DNA of 58,405 nt from an uncultured Candidatus Berkelbacteria bacterium (GCA_903954185.1 CAJBMM010000017.1:1-58405); one strand, 5' to 3'; positions 10,558 to 20,541 are shown, numbered from the stretch's first letter. Made by a program: numbers and translations. Notes: generated by a model not told the origin, from the sequence alone.

Positions 10558-10588
10558 TATCTACTACAAATTCTTCATTACAATTTTA

Positions 10589-11116
10589 CTATTTAGATCT
10601 AAACATATCCCAAAAACTAGGTTGTTTTTTACGGCTTGATTTTTCTTCAGGGGCAGAGAGTTGCTTAACTTGATCTTTTAGTGTTTCTACTTGATTTTGA
10701 AAATAACCTAATTGGCCAGCCATTTGAAAGTTTTTTTCATTAATGTCTTTAGTCTCTAATCGCATAGCTTCTTTTTCTTTACGCAGTTCTTCTAGTTCTT
10801 TTTCTAACACTTCTATAGCGTGTGCGACATTGGAGTCTGTAATAACGGTATTAGTAACGGTACTAGATGGGGTATCTTTGACACTCTTTTCTTTTACGGT
10901 ATCTGATACTCTTTCTCCAGTGTGTGCAGGAGTGTCTTTAAGAGACTTCTTTAAAGCCTCTAATTCTGTGCGACTTAAACGAATTTCTTGACCATTAAAA
11001 CCCTCTACGTACTCTTTAGTAAGACGCCCACTGCGAATGTATGATCTTACTGTAGCAGCTTTCTTGCCCAAAATGAGCATAGCCTCTCTCAGAGACACAT
11101 CGTATTTATCGGACAT
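10589..11116 (-). CDS. MerR/excisionase-like HTH + coiled-coil protein (pSK1 Par/RacA-like architecture)
   Basis: SLREAMLILGKKAATVRSYIRSGRL (HTH), Ser/Thr linker, heptad coiled coil, C-terminal KKQPSFWDMFRSK; SD GGAGG. Confidence 0.75.
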   Translation of the reverse strand: MSDKYDVSLREAMLILGKKAATVRSYIRSGRLTKEYVEGFNGQEIRLSRTELEALKKSLKDTPAHTGERVSDTVKEKSVKDTPSSTVTNTVITDSNVAHAIEVLEKELEELRKEKEAMRLETKDINEKNFQMAGQLGYFQNQVETLKDQVKQLSAPEEKSSRKKQPSFWDMFRSK

Positions 11117-11130
11117 AATAGACCTCCAAC

Positions 11131-11204
11131 GTTACCCTATTTGCTACCCCTCTATATACCCTGATAGTAGAGGGTTGTTAATAGGTTGTCAATAGGGGTA
11201 TATA
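11131..11204 (-). promoter_or_regulatory. Promoter overlapped by an array of TACCC-type repeats
   Basis: Minus strand TTGACA (11192-11187)-N17-TACTAT (11169-11164). TACCC at 11133, 11145 and 11157; inverted copies end at 11176, 11187 and 11200. Confidence 0.7.
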
Positions 11205-11216
11205 AAAGAGTACCTT

Positions 11217-11250
11217 ACTTAAGTTACTTAAGTATCTTAAGTGACTTAGT
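11217..11250. repeat. Tandem 9-bp repeats of palindromic ACTTAAGT
   Basis: ACTTAAGTT ACTTAAGTA TCTTAAGTG ACTTAGT; a second array lies at 15610-15632. Confidence 0.75.
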
Positions 11251-11254
11251 TCTA

Positions 11255-13105
11255 TTATGGAGTTGCGCTTAGTGTTGGCGTTGCGTCAGCGGGCTTAGCA
11301 GTTCCACGTAGATACTTGGCTTGCCATGGCACATATTTGCTCACAAATGTCTGCTTGTTCATAACCGAGCCATCACTCTTAAACACAGTGTAAATAAATG
11401 AGGCACTAGCCCCAGGGTGGGCACTCTCTATCTTTTTTGTAGTACCCTCTGGCAGAGTATCTGTATCAGTGTATTCTGCGTCCGGAGGATTTACCACATC
11501 GTAAACTGAAGGGCTGGGAATGTTCACTGTTCTACCATCTTTTTTCCCAAATATTTCGAACGTAATTTTAGTGCCCACAACAGACGATTGCACTAATATA
11601 CTGTTTGTATAAGTGTTAACAAATTTAAAATCTGGACTACCCTCATATATTGTGGCGTCCATACCAACTGGTGGTTCATAGTAACTAACGCGATAACGAT
11701 GATTTTGTCGTTCAGTAATTTTTAAACCAGAGTTCATAGCAGCCCTAAACAGGGTGGTGGAAACTTGGCACAATCCCCCACCGTATTCCGGAACTGTCTT
11801 GTTAACTTTTATCACCAGCTCTGGTAAGTATCCTGTAGACTGATCTATCTTGCCCAAATTTTTTAGTGTCGAAAATTCTTCACCAGGTTTAATAATAATC
11901 CCACTTAATGCATTAGCCCCTACCGTAATGTTGTGCTTTCGATTGTCTGGGCTACCGACAAAAGTTGTATTTGCAATTCCAACCTGTTCAATGATGCCAA
12001 AAGACGATAGATTAGCTTCGGTAACATCAGGTTTTGTTACTTTTATAATAGCAATAACAGAAATTGTTTTATCGTTAGATTGGTTGACAACAAAACTTTG
12101 AACCGCATCTTTAATTTTGCTTGCCGTTACAGATCCATCTAAGGCTTTACCATCGCTTCCAGAGCCATTAATGCTCAATTTACCATCTGTCATCACCAAA
12201 CGAGCTTCTACGGGCCCCTGATTCAAATCAGCCGATATTATATTTAACCAATCTTGTACCATAGTCGCGCTAACTCCAGCGTATAGTTTACCATCGATTA
12301 AACTTGATCCTATCCAACTATCCAGGGTATTTTGATCGGGCGATGCTTCTTTATTCTCAAAATTCAATACGATTTTAGTTTTTCGCAGCTTTTCTGCTTG
12401 AGCAAGAGCGTCTTTTGCATCTCCAGATGTAATTATTGGTTTAGCTACATATCTTTCAAAGCCAATTTTGCTGTTACTGTTATTTTTAAAAGCTTCAACT
12501 AAACTATATTTTATCTCATCTTTGTTTACGCGATTCCCATCAGATGCACTGGTCTCTACAGCCTTGCCCTTAGCAATCTTAACGCCCGCGTTAATTTCCG
12601 GCTGATCGACTAATGCAGCGAACTTTTCAACTAATATATCTAGTTTTTCTTGATTATAAGTTAGCACTAATTGTAGTTTCGTATCGCTAAAAGGCTGTCT
12701 AACATAGTCCCACACAGAAGATATAAAGCTATCGCGACGACCATAATCGTAAGCAGCGGCAGCACTAGCTTTAGAATCCACCACCAAATCGAAATCAGCT
12801 GCATGAACGTCCATGGTTTTATCAGAAGCAGAAATAGTTAACGGTGTAGAATATGATTCCTGCACCTTATCACTGATATATTGAGCAGAATTTGGTAAAT
12901 TCTTACCACTGACATTTATCCCCGCAACAGTAATATGCGGTAGTGTTTGCTGTGAATAGGCGTACGAATAAGTAGAAATAGACATTATTAATAAAAACAA
13001 AAGCACAAGTCCACCAATTATAATGGCTTTCCTGTGCTTTTTTAATACCGTATTTTCAACAGAAGATTTTGCCTTTTTACTTTTTTTTACGACTTCTGCT
13101 GGCAT
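11255..13105 (-). CDS. VanW-family protein with N-terminal TM anchor and PG-binding_4-type repeats
   Basis: NRKHNI, PGEEFS, GGGLCQVSTTLFRAA, ERQNH and PVGMDATIY motifs. Confidence 0.9.
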   Translation of the reverse strand: MPAEVVKKSKKAKSSVENTVLKKHRKAIIIGGLVLLFLLIMSISTYSYAYSQQTLPHITVAGINVSGKNLPNSAQYISDKVQESYSTPLTISASDKTMDVHAADFDLVVDSKASAAAAYDYGRRDSFISSVWDYVRQPFSDTKLQLVLTYNQEKLDILVEKFAALVDQPEINAGVKIAKGKAVETSASDGNRVNKDEIKYSLVEAFKNNSNSKIGFERYVAKPIITSGDAKDALAQAEKLRKTKIVLNFENKEASPDQNTLDSWIGSSLIDGKLYAGVSATMVQDWLNIISADLNQGPVEARLVMTDGKLSINGSGSDGKALDGSVTASKIKDAVQSFVVNQSNDKTISVIAIIKVTKPDVTEANLSSFGIIEQVGIANTTFVGSPDNRKHNITVGANALSGIIIKPGEEFSTLKNLGKIDQSTGYLPELVIKVNKTVPEYGGGLCQVSTTLFRAAMNSGLKITERQNHRYRVSYYEPPVGMDATIYEGSPDFKFVNTYTNSILVQSSVVGTKITFEIFGKKDGRTVNIPSPSVYDVVNPPDAEYTDTDTLPEGTTKKIESAHPGASASFIYTVFKSDGSVMNKQTFVSKYVPWQAKYLRGTAKPADATPTLSATP

Positions 13106-13120
13106 ATTATCTCTCTCTAA

Positions 13121-13339
13121 CTATTTTTCTTTTAGCAGTTCTTGTAGAACATCCCTAGCGTTATTATGTTGGTTCAGCTCGTACTCTGTTTTGGTATTTA
13201 ACGTAAGTATCAACTGATCGCCAATTGCCACACCGTCAGGAACCATCGACGCAGGCAACGTAATATTTAATGATTCATCTAGCAATATTACATTATCTTT
13301 ATCTAATTGGTCAATTTTTAAGCGCCAATTTTTGTTCAT
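13121..13339 (-). CDS. Small DUF3006-like protein
   Basis: IDQL...ITLPASMVPDGVAIGDQL pattern; overlaps the hppA stop. Confidence 0.6.
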   Translation of the reverse strand: MNKNWRLKIDQLDKDNVILLDESLNITLPASMVPDGVAIGDQLILTLNTKTEYELNQHNNARDVLQELLKEK

Positions 13340-15465
13340 TATTGTACTAAAGATGTTTCTTTTGGTCGTCTAACATACCAAATAACTAGTACAATGGCTA
13401 CAACCACAGCAAAGGTTATCCATTTGGTTGTGAGTGATAATACATTTTCGGTCATCAGCGAAATAATCAGTAAAGCAACAATGTTAACTACTTTTATCAT
13501 TGGATTGATAGCGGGACCAGCAGTATCTTTATATGGATCGCCAACAGTATCACCAGTAACAGCTGCTTGATGTGCAAAGCTACCTTTACCACCAAAGTTT
13601 CCAGATTCAATATACTTTTTGGCATTGTCCCAAGCGCCACCGCCAGAAGTCATAGAGATGGCAACAAAGATACCCGTAACAATTGAGCCAACTAATAACC
13701 CACCCAAGGCTGATGCGCCAAGTAATAATCCCACTAAAATTGTGGCAAAAATTGGGATAATGGCAGGCAAAATCATCTCTTTAATTGCAGCTTTGGTCAC
13801 AATATCTACACAAGCTCGGTAATCGGGTTTTTCTGTGCCTTTCATAATACCTTTATATAACTTAAACTGACGTCTAACTTCTTCTACAACTGCAGCGCCC
13901 GCTTTGCCAACAGCTTCCATAGAAAGAGCGGCAAAATAGTAAGGTAAAAGACCACCAATAAATAATCCAACTAGCACTTTTGGATCTGATAACGAAAAGG
14001 TTAATTCGGTGCCGGTTATATTCTTTAAATCTGCAACATAAGAAGCAAATAAAACAATTGCGGCAAGCCCAGCGGATCCGATAGCATATCCCTTAGTAAC
14101 AGCTTTAGTAGTGTTTCCAACAGCATCTAATTGATCGGTAACCGTGCGAATAGCAGCAGGTAACTCGGCCATTTCGGCAATTCCACCGGCGTTATCGGTA
14201 ATTGGACCGTAGGCATCAATGGCAACAATCATACCAGTAAGCGAAAGCATGGCTACAACGGCAATTGCTACTCCGTAAACACCCGCTAAATAATACGAAC
14301 TTAAAATTGCAGCACAAATAATTAAAACAGGAGCAGCAGTAGAGCGCATAGAAACAGCTAAACCAGTAATCACATTGGTACCGTGACCAGTTTGGGAAGA
14401 AGCTGCGATAGATTTTACTGGTGCATACTTTGTGCTAGTAAAATATTCGGTAATTACTACTAGGAATGCCGTAACACCCAAACCAATCAATGAAGAATAG
14501 AATAAATTAATTGCGGTATAGCTAGATCCGTATGCAGTCATATCACCCATGAATTTTTGGGTAACAAACCAAAATGCAATGGCTGAAAGCACACCCGCAA
14601 CAACCAATCCATTATATAGCGCTCCCATAATGCTTTGATTACGAACCCGACGAACAAAGAATGTTCCGATTATTGAAGTCACAATCGAAACACCACCTAG
14701 TGCCAATGGATAAACCAAAGCGTTTTCGTTCCCTGAAAACAAAATTGAACCTAGCAGCATTACCGCTATTAATGAAACTGCATAAGTTTCGAATAAATCG
14801 GCAGCCATACCAGCACAATCGCCTACATTATCACCTACATTATCGGCAATAACGGCAGGGTTACGTGGATCGTCTTCTGGAATACCAGCTTCTACTTTTC
14901 CCACTAAATCGGCACCGACATCGGCGCCTTTGGTATAAATACCGCCACCCAATCGGGCAAAGATGGATATTAATGAGCCACCAAATCCAAGACCAATTAA
15001 AGCACTGGTATCTTTAAAAATAGCGTAAAATCCGGTTACTGCTAGTAATCCTAAGCCTGCAACCAGCAAACCAGTAACACTGCCGCCCTGAAAAGCAACG
15101 CGTAATGCAGCATTCAAACCGTTTTTGGCAGCCTCGGCTGTACGTACGTTAGCTCTAACCGATACATTCATACCGATAAATCCTGCTAAGGCAGAAAGTG
15201 CAGCGCCAATTAAAAACCCAAGGGCAGTTTTCCAATCTTTCATATATAGCAAAACAACAAATAAAACAGCAGCCACAACCGCAACAGTAGAATACTGTCT
15301 AGTTAAATAAGCCTTTGCCCCTTGCTGGATGGCCAGTGCAATATCTGCCATCTTTTTAGTTCCAACTGGTTTCTTGGTTATAACCATGGTCAATAGTATT
15401 CCATATACTACAGCCAATGCACCGCCACCAAGTGCTAATAAAAGCGCTAATGGATAGTTGTCCAT
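13339..15465 (-). CDS. hppA: Membrane-bound H+-translocating pyrophosphatase, K+-independent type
   Basis: [50 protein letters not shown] has the Lys determinant of K+ independence. Confidence 0.95.
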   Translation of the reverse strand: MDNYPLALLLALGGGALAVVYGILLTMVITKKPVGTKKMADIALAIQQGAKAYLTRQYSTVAVVAAVLFVVLLYMKDWKTALGFLIGAALSALAGFIGMNVSVRANVRTAEAAKNGLNAALRVAFQGGSVTGLLVAGLGLLAVTGFYAIFKDTSALIGLGFGGSLISIFARLGGGIYTKGADVGADLVGKVEAGIPEDDPRNPAVIADNVGDNVGDCAGMAADLFETYAVSLIAVMLLGSILFSGNENALVYPLALGGVSIVTSIIGTFFVRRVRNQSIMGALYNGLVVAGVLSAIAFWFVTQKFMGDMTAYGSSYTAINLFYSSLIGLGVTAFLVVITEYFTSTKYAPVKSIAASSQTGHGTNVITGLAVSMRSTAAPVLIICAAILSSYYLAGVYGVAIAVVAMLSLTGMIVAIDAYGPITDNAGGIAEMAELPAAIRTVTDQLDAVGNTTKAVTKGYAIGSAGLAAIVLFASYVADLKNITGTELTFSLSDPKVLVGLFIGGLLPYYFAALSMEAVGKAGAAVVEEVRRQFKLYKGIMKGTEKPDYRACVDIVTKAAIKEMILPAIIPIFATILVGLLLGASALGGLLVGSIVTGIFVAISMTSGGGAWDNAKKYIESGNFGGKGSFAHQAAVTGDTVGDPYKDTAGPAINPMIKVVNIVALLIISLMTENVLSLTTKWITFAVVVAIVLVIWYVRRPKETSLVQ

Positions 15466-15629
15466 TCTACTTTCCTTTCCTGTTCTGTTAGTTGTTAGTT
15501 TTAGTTGTTAGTTTCCAGCGACGAAACATCGGTTCACTGTTCATTCTTAACTTTTCTAATTAATACAACTTTTTTAGTGAAATATCAAGCTTTTTCACCG
15601 TCCTATGTAACTTAAGTTGCTTAAGTAAC

Positions 15630-16685
15630 TTATAATTTTTCGTAGAATTTTAACAAGTCACTCGCAGTATTACCCCAGCTCTCAGTGCTCGCCCGCTTGC
15701 GAATTTCTTTAAATAAACACTCTTGCACTGCATCTTGTGATATTAATTCTTCCAATTTGTCTTTTATATCTAGCGGGTCTCCGACTTTATAATAAATAGC
15801 GCATTGATCTAAATATGTACGCATATTCAAAGTATTTGCTGCCAGTATCAAACTGTCGCTAGACATCGCTAACGCGGCAGAAAGTAAAGTGGAACTACCG
15901 CCCCATGGCAGAATACAGTAGTCTGCTTCATTTTGTGCGGCAAAATATGCGATTTCGTCACAATCTTGCATAACCACAATCGCGCTACTCAATCGAGCAT
16001 AATTTTCGGATAGCAATTTAACAATCGCACTTAATTTACTAGTAGAAGCAATAGTCAGTCGGAGAGACTTATTCCTAGCATGCAAAATGGCAAATGCTTC
16101 TATTAAAGTGAGAAGATATTGATAATCGTATTCACCATTTTCACATCCACAAAATAGATGGGTTATAAATTCATCATTGATAACTAAATCAGCAGTATTA
16201 TTTACTAGATTGTCGTCTATTCCGAGTGTGATGCCAAAAATTAATTGCCGATTATTCTTTCTCTTTAGCCTATTTTCTAACAAAATATTGGTGGCAATAA
16301 TGGGGTAGCCAGAGTCTAGAGCGTGATGATAATTTAAATATTCTTGACCTATTTGCCCACTCTTATATAAAGAATGAAGCGTAAATAAAGCTTTTTGGCG
16401 ATAACTTCTGGGATGATTTATGCTTAGAAAGTGCACCAAATCGTACTTTTCATTTTTTAATATTTTGCCAAATTCTACCTGCTCAGCTACGCTTTTTGGC
16501 TTAATATCAGTCTCAATTATTTTAATACTGTAATCTTTGGGATTATAAATATTTTTGGGTACATAAACAGTGATATCATGATCAGAATTTTTAGAAGCCA
16601 TCAGCGCTTCAACCAAATTCTTAGCAAAGTACTGTTCTATACCAAATTTTTCCCCGATCACCCGGGCATCTATAGCAATTTTCAT
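15630..16685 (-). CDS. Degenerate GT4-family glycosyltransferase homolog
   Basis: MKIAIDAR start and SW..TA..LLKFYE end, but the EGFG/EX7E motif is replaced by PWGGSSTLLSAALAM. Confidence 0.7.
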   Translation of the reverse strand: MKIAIDARVIGEKFGIEQYFAKNLVEALMASKNSDHDITVYVPKNIYNPKDYSIKIIETDIKPKSVAEQVEFGKILKNEKYDLVHFLSINHPRSYRQKALFTLHSLYKSGQIGQEYLNYHHALDSGYPIIATNILLENRLKRKNNRQLIFGITLGIDDNLVNNTADLVINDEFITHLFCGCENGEYDYQYLLTLIEAFAILHARNKSLRLTIASTSKLSAIVKLLSENYARLSSAIVVMQDCDEIAYFAAQNEADYCILPWGGSSTLLSAALAMSSDSLILAANTLNMRTYLDQCAIYYKVGDPLDIKDKLEELISQDAVQECLFKEIRKRASTESWGNTASDLLKFYEKL

Positions 16686-16985
16686 ATGACTCCATAATAA
16701 TCAAAGATCAAAGAACGAAGATCAAAATTGTGGAATATCCTTATTATAATGACTAAATCCGAGTGACTAATGACTAATCAATTTCGAAATTCAAAATTAG
16801 AATTTGATTCTAAATTCGTCGCCCTTCGGTTGTAGTCGCTCATGAAATTCGCAACCATCATTTATCATTCATAATTTACTTCTATTCCAGCTCACCCCAA
16901 ACTTACCGCATCAAGAAACAAGAAGCAAGTAGGCATGTTAGGTAGTAGGTTTTAGAGGCTAATAAGATTCTGACCGTCCAATCAA

Positions 16986-18185
16986 TCAGACGTTAAGACG
17001 ATCTTTCGCTTTAACCATCGCTAATGCGGTAACAAACCAAATTATTAAGTCGTTTTTAAAGATGGTTAGGTCTATCATACCGTGTATTAAAATAGTTAAG
17101 ATCAAAACCGCACCTAGTATTGCCAGCGGGCTTTTTGTCCCCAAAGTTGACTTATGTAGCCAATAAATAAAATTAACAAAACCCAAAAAGCCCAATAATC
17201 CAAAAGATAACCAGATGTATAAAATAATATTATGTGGGTGAACCGCATATGGCGTTATATATTCGTCATAATTTGGCTGGTGAAGAGTATATTCTGCAAA
17301 TTTATTGTGAAAATTCCCGAGTCCAACCCCTAAAAACCAATTATACTGCACTAGTTCCCAACTCTTTTGCCAAATATTTACCCGAATATCCATATTATCT
17401 GGATTTTGTTTAGCCAATATTGAATAGACAATAGGATTAGAAATTAAGAATGTACCAGCTACAATTATATGTGCCCATACTCGCTGACGTTTTATCCAGA
17501 GAATATAAACAAATAACCCAACAATTAGGGCAATAAAGCCACCGCGCGATTTTGTTTCATACAAACCCAAAGCCGTAATAATAAATATTAAAAAGTTTAG
17601 CCAATCTATTTTATCTGGTTTTGCGTTATCTAAGCTACGCGATTGTAGCTGCCAACAAATGATTAAAGCCGGAACCAAAATCATGGCTGCCGCATTTGGT
17701 GAATTAAATAAACTTACTGCACGCCCAGTATTTAAGTATTGCCCTAAATCTGGATATTGGTTAATCCACCACTGCTGCACAGCCGGAATTTGCTGGGCAA
17801 TGGCGACTATTGCAACTAATACACCCTGATAAGCCATCGCTTTTAGCATTATTTTGACATTGCTCTCGGAATCTAAGGCATTCTTAAGCATCCAATAGAC
17901 TAAAATGGCTGGCACTATCCAACCCTTAATAATGCCTAAGGCATCGCGCTTTTGCGGAGAAACAATAAGACTTATCAGACTTATAAGCCCTATTAGCCCT
18001 ATCGACAACTTTTCTGACTTGGATAATTTACGCCAACCAGGATTATAAATTACAGCTGCAATGGCGCATAAATAAATTAGTACTTCAAAAACATTGGTTG
18101 GCAAACCCGCTACATTAAATTTAATTAAATAGAGGATAGAAAGCCCGGGCAGCAATAGAATTAGATATTTGATGTATTTATTCAT
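16986..18185 (-). CDS. O-antigen ligase/Wzy_C family membrane protein
   Basis: Multi-TM; RAVSLFNSPN, TKSRGG, GVGLGNF and HPHN motifs. Confidence 0.88.
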   Translation of the reverse strand: MNKYIKYLILLLPGLSILYLIKFNVAGLPTNVFEVLIYLCAIAAVIYNPGWRKLSKSEKLSIGLIGLISLISLIVSPQKRDALGIIKGWIVPAILVYWMLKNALDSESNVKIMLKAMAYQGVLVAIVAIAQQIPAVQQWWINQYPDLGQYLNTGRAVSLFNSPNAAAMILVPALIICWQLQSRSLDNAKPDKIDWLNFLIFIITALGLYETKSRGGFIALIVGLFVYILWIKRQRVWAHIIVAGTFLISNPIVYSILAKQNPDNMDIRVNIWQKSWELVQYNWFLGVGLGNFHNKFAEYTLHQPNYDEYITPYAVHPHNIILYIWLSFGLLGFLGFVNFIYWLHKSTLGTKSPLAILGAVLILTILIHGMIDLTIFKNDLIIWFVTALAMVKAKDRLNV

Positions 18186-18230
18186 AATAATCCATAAGAT
18201 TAGATGATTGAACGCGCGCAACTTCTATCC

Positions 18231-18304
18231 TGTCATCTCGAACTCGGTGAGAGATCTCGCTTTGATCGATACTGACGGGATTTCTCGCCAAACTCGAAAT
18301 GACA
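18231..18304. repeat. Paired REP-like element (TGTCAT...ATGACA family)
   Basis: TGTCATCTCGAACTCGGTGAGAGATCTC ... GGGATTTCTCGCCAAACTCGAAATGACA, inverted arms. Confidence 0.75.
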
Positions 18305-18467
18305 GCTTGTCTTAGTCAGGGTTAGGTGGGGGCGATTGCGAGCGGTTCGGCCATTGGCCTACTTATGCTCTTTGCAGTTCGCCCCCCAGGCATGACGAGA
18401 ATACTTAAGCCCAGTGTGCCCTATTCGGACTCGCTTTCGCTGGCTCACCCCGTCAACTTTCAACAGC
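18305..18467 (-). ncRNA. Putative ~165-nt rod-shaped ncRNA (6S RNA candidate)
   Basis: Extended -10 TGCTATAAT immediately upstream. GC-rich intergenic stretch with end-to-end pairings such as GCGA-aa-GCGAGT / GCTCGC-aa-TCGC and TATTCTC/GAGCATA. Confidence 0.55.
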
Positions 18468-18486
18468 TAAATTATAGCACAAACAT

Positions 18487-19263
18487 TTATTTGATTTTAA
18501 TTTCGGAAATTGGAGAGCTTATTTGCCATAGCGATTGGAATAAACTGAGCTGGGCGGTAGCCATGTCTTGGCTTTCGATAATTAATCCGAATGTTTCTTT
18601 TTTGGATGATAGATTGATTACTTTATTATCGTATGCAAACGAAACAACTGGCAGGTCCAAGTTTGCCGGCGCCAATCGCACCTCGCGCATTTCGTTACCC
18701 GACGTGCCCCAAAATCCCGGTAAATCGTTTGAACGAGGGTGAATGGTTTGCAAAAATATACCCTTAGCCACCCGTCTTTTTACCATATCGTTTATGTACT
18801 CTTCGCCCAAAACCTCGATGATAGATTTATTAGAATAGATGCCAAAAAGCCGCTTGTTAGAGGTGGTTAACGTGTCTTCGTAGACAGTTTTGTATCCTTC
18901 GATACCCGGATAGTACTTTATGCGCGGCTTAAACTCGGACAAATTGTACAATGACCGCAACTCGGGCAACAAGCTTTTTAATTTGCTCTCTTTTTCATCT
19001 AACATTTTGCTGATTGACTCTGGCGGTTCGGCTACAAAAAGCCGTCTTTTGCCAACCGTTACAGTGCTTAGTAAGTGACAATCAATTAAGTGCTGAATCG
19101 CATCGTATGCGTTAGTGCGTTCTACTTGGGCTTTTTGGGCGATGTTTTGGATTGACGATGCCCCCAGCTGCAACGCCGCCAAATACACCTTGGATTGCTT
19201 GCTGGTTAAGCCAAATACTTCTAACTGCGTTGCTAATTCTTCGTTATTGTATTGCTCTTTCAT
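18487..19263 (-). CDS. TrmB-family transcriptional regulator
   Basis: FGLTSKQSKVYLAALQLG...IAQKAQVERTNAYD HTH; KPRIKYYPGIEG; YDNKV...IIESQDMA...LFQSLW C-terminal domain. Confidence 0.9.
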   Translation of the reverse strand: MKEQYNNEELATQLEVFGLTSKQSKVYLAALQLGASSIQNIAQKAQVERTNAYDAIQHLIDCHLLSTVTVGKRRLFVAEPPESISKMLDEKESKLKSLLPELRSLYNLSEFKPRIKYYPGIEGYKTVYEDTLTTSNKRLFGIYSNKSIIEVLGEEYINDMVKRRVAKGIFLQTIHPRSNDLPGFWGTSGNEMREVRLAPANLDLPVVSFAYDNKVINLSSKKETFGLIIESQDMATAQLSLFQSLWQISSPISEIKIK

Positions 19264-19339
19264 ACATATTTATATTAACTCTTCCGTGCTTGTTTTGTCA
19301 AATGTTGCCATTATATAACAACACTTTGTGTACATATCA

Positions 19340-19431
19340 TTTACATTTGTGACCTTTTGGCATATAATACCTCCTCATGATCGCAAGATCAGTTCCTTTA
19401 AAGCCTATTTCGACACCCCAAGGAGGGGACA
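19340..19431 (+). promoter_or_regulatory. Promoter and structured leader of the radical SAM gene
   Basis: TTTACA-N17-TATAAT; TGATC-GCAA-GATCA hairpin; 5' CCTCCT complementary to the SD AGGAGG. Confidence 0.6.
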
Positions 19432-20445
19432 ATGAACACCCGTAAGATCCTAGCCGGCATGCCCGCGTCCTTTCCTGCCAGCGTCAGAGAGAGTGATCGC
19501 CCACTCTATCTGATGATGAATTTGGAAACGGGGTGCCCGCTTCGCTGCCTAAAGTGTGCCCAGCCTGGGCAAGGCCGCCAAGTTGGTACACCGCTGACCT
19601 TGGCAAAGCGTGAGCGGATCATCGAAGTGGCGGCACAGTGCGGCGTTAAGGCACTGGTGATTATCGGCGCAGGAGAGCCGAGCACCCCGCAAAACTTTTC
19701 CGCTTTCGTGCGACCAGTCATCGAGACGGCGCACCGTCACAGCCTGTTGACCGTGATGTTCACCACTGCACTCGGGATCAATCGAGAGCAGGCGATTTTC
19801 TACCGTGACCATGGGGTCACCATTGTGGTAAGCCTCGATTCGCTATTGCCCGAAACGTATCGCAAGCTGACGGGCAACGGCAACCTTGCTCACACTCTGC
19901 AGAACATTGCCGTTCTGCGCGAGGTATATCACAACACTGCCCGCGAAGAGGGCGGCGTGCGAACGGTGCGGTTGGGCATCAACTGCACCATCCAGCGTCC
20001 CAATGTTGGGGAGTTGGAGCAAATCCGCGAGTTTTCCAACAGTGATATGCTGTTCGTCGCTAACGCCCCGATGCCGGCGGGGCGGTTCGCCGTTTATGCC
20101 AACTGGGACGAGACAGTTGGCGACGCGAACCTAGATCGTTTCAATAAGCTAGCGCGGGAGATGTCCGACACTGGCGGACACAGCTCCATCGCAGAAGGCG
20201 CATGTAGCTATTTCAACCGCGGTATAACTGTTGATGTTGACGGGCAATTCCTATCGTGTGGCTATGCCGCTGCCAGCGCGGAGTTTCTTGGTAACATCGA
20301 GGAACCTACTCTTGAAGCGATGATGGATCACTATCATCGCGTCCGTGGCGGTTACCACGCATGGTGCCAATCCGCTGGCCGCCAGCCCTCCTGTCCGTTA
20401 AGGGACCCCGATTATCAGGGGTTCCTCCTCCATCTTCGCCGTTAG
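19432..20445 (+). CDS. Radical SAM enzyme with SPASM/twitch-like C-terminus
   Basis: CPLRCLKC (CxxxCxxC), GAGEP, VSLDS, CSYFNRGITVDVDGQFLSCG and late CPLRD. Visibly more GC-rich than its flanks. Confidence 0.9.
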   Translation: MNTRKILAGMPASFPASVRESDRPLYLMMNLETGCPLRCLKCAQPGQGRQVGTPLTLAKRERIIEVAAQCGVKALVIIGAGEPSTPQNFSAFVRPVIETAHRHSLLTVMFTTALGINREQAIFYRDHGVTIVVSLDSLLPETYRKLTGNGNLAHTLQNIAVLREVYHNTAREEGGVRTVRLGINCTIQRPNVGELEQIREFSNSDMLFVANAPMPAGRFAVYANWDETVGDANLDRFNKLAREMSDTGGHSSIAEGACSYFNRGITVDVDGQFLSCGYAAASAEFLGNIEEPTLEAMMDHYHRVRGGYHAWCQSAGRQPSCPLRDPDYQGFLLHLRR

Positions 20446-20478
20446 TTAACGGCGCCCCATGGCCACCTTGGCCAGCCA

Positions 20479-20513
20479 CCTCGGGTGCGTGCTACGCACC
20501 CGGGGCTTTTTTT
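20479..20513 (+). terminator. Intrinsic terminator
   Basis: CCTCGGGTGCGT-GCT-ACGCACCCGGGG-CTTTTTTT. Confidence 0.88.
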
Positions 20514-20541
20514 ATCTAAAAATGTTATTTACTCTCAAAAA

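Noticed and set aside
18326..18742. 138-aa + strand ORF
   Set aside because: Antisense to the TrmB gene and the putative ncRNA; no motif or SD.
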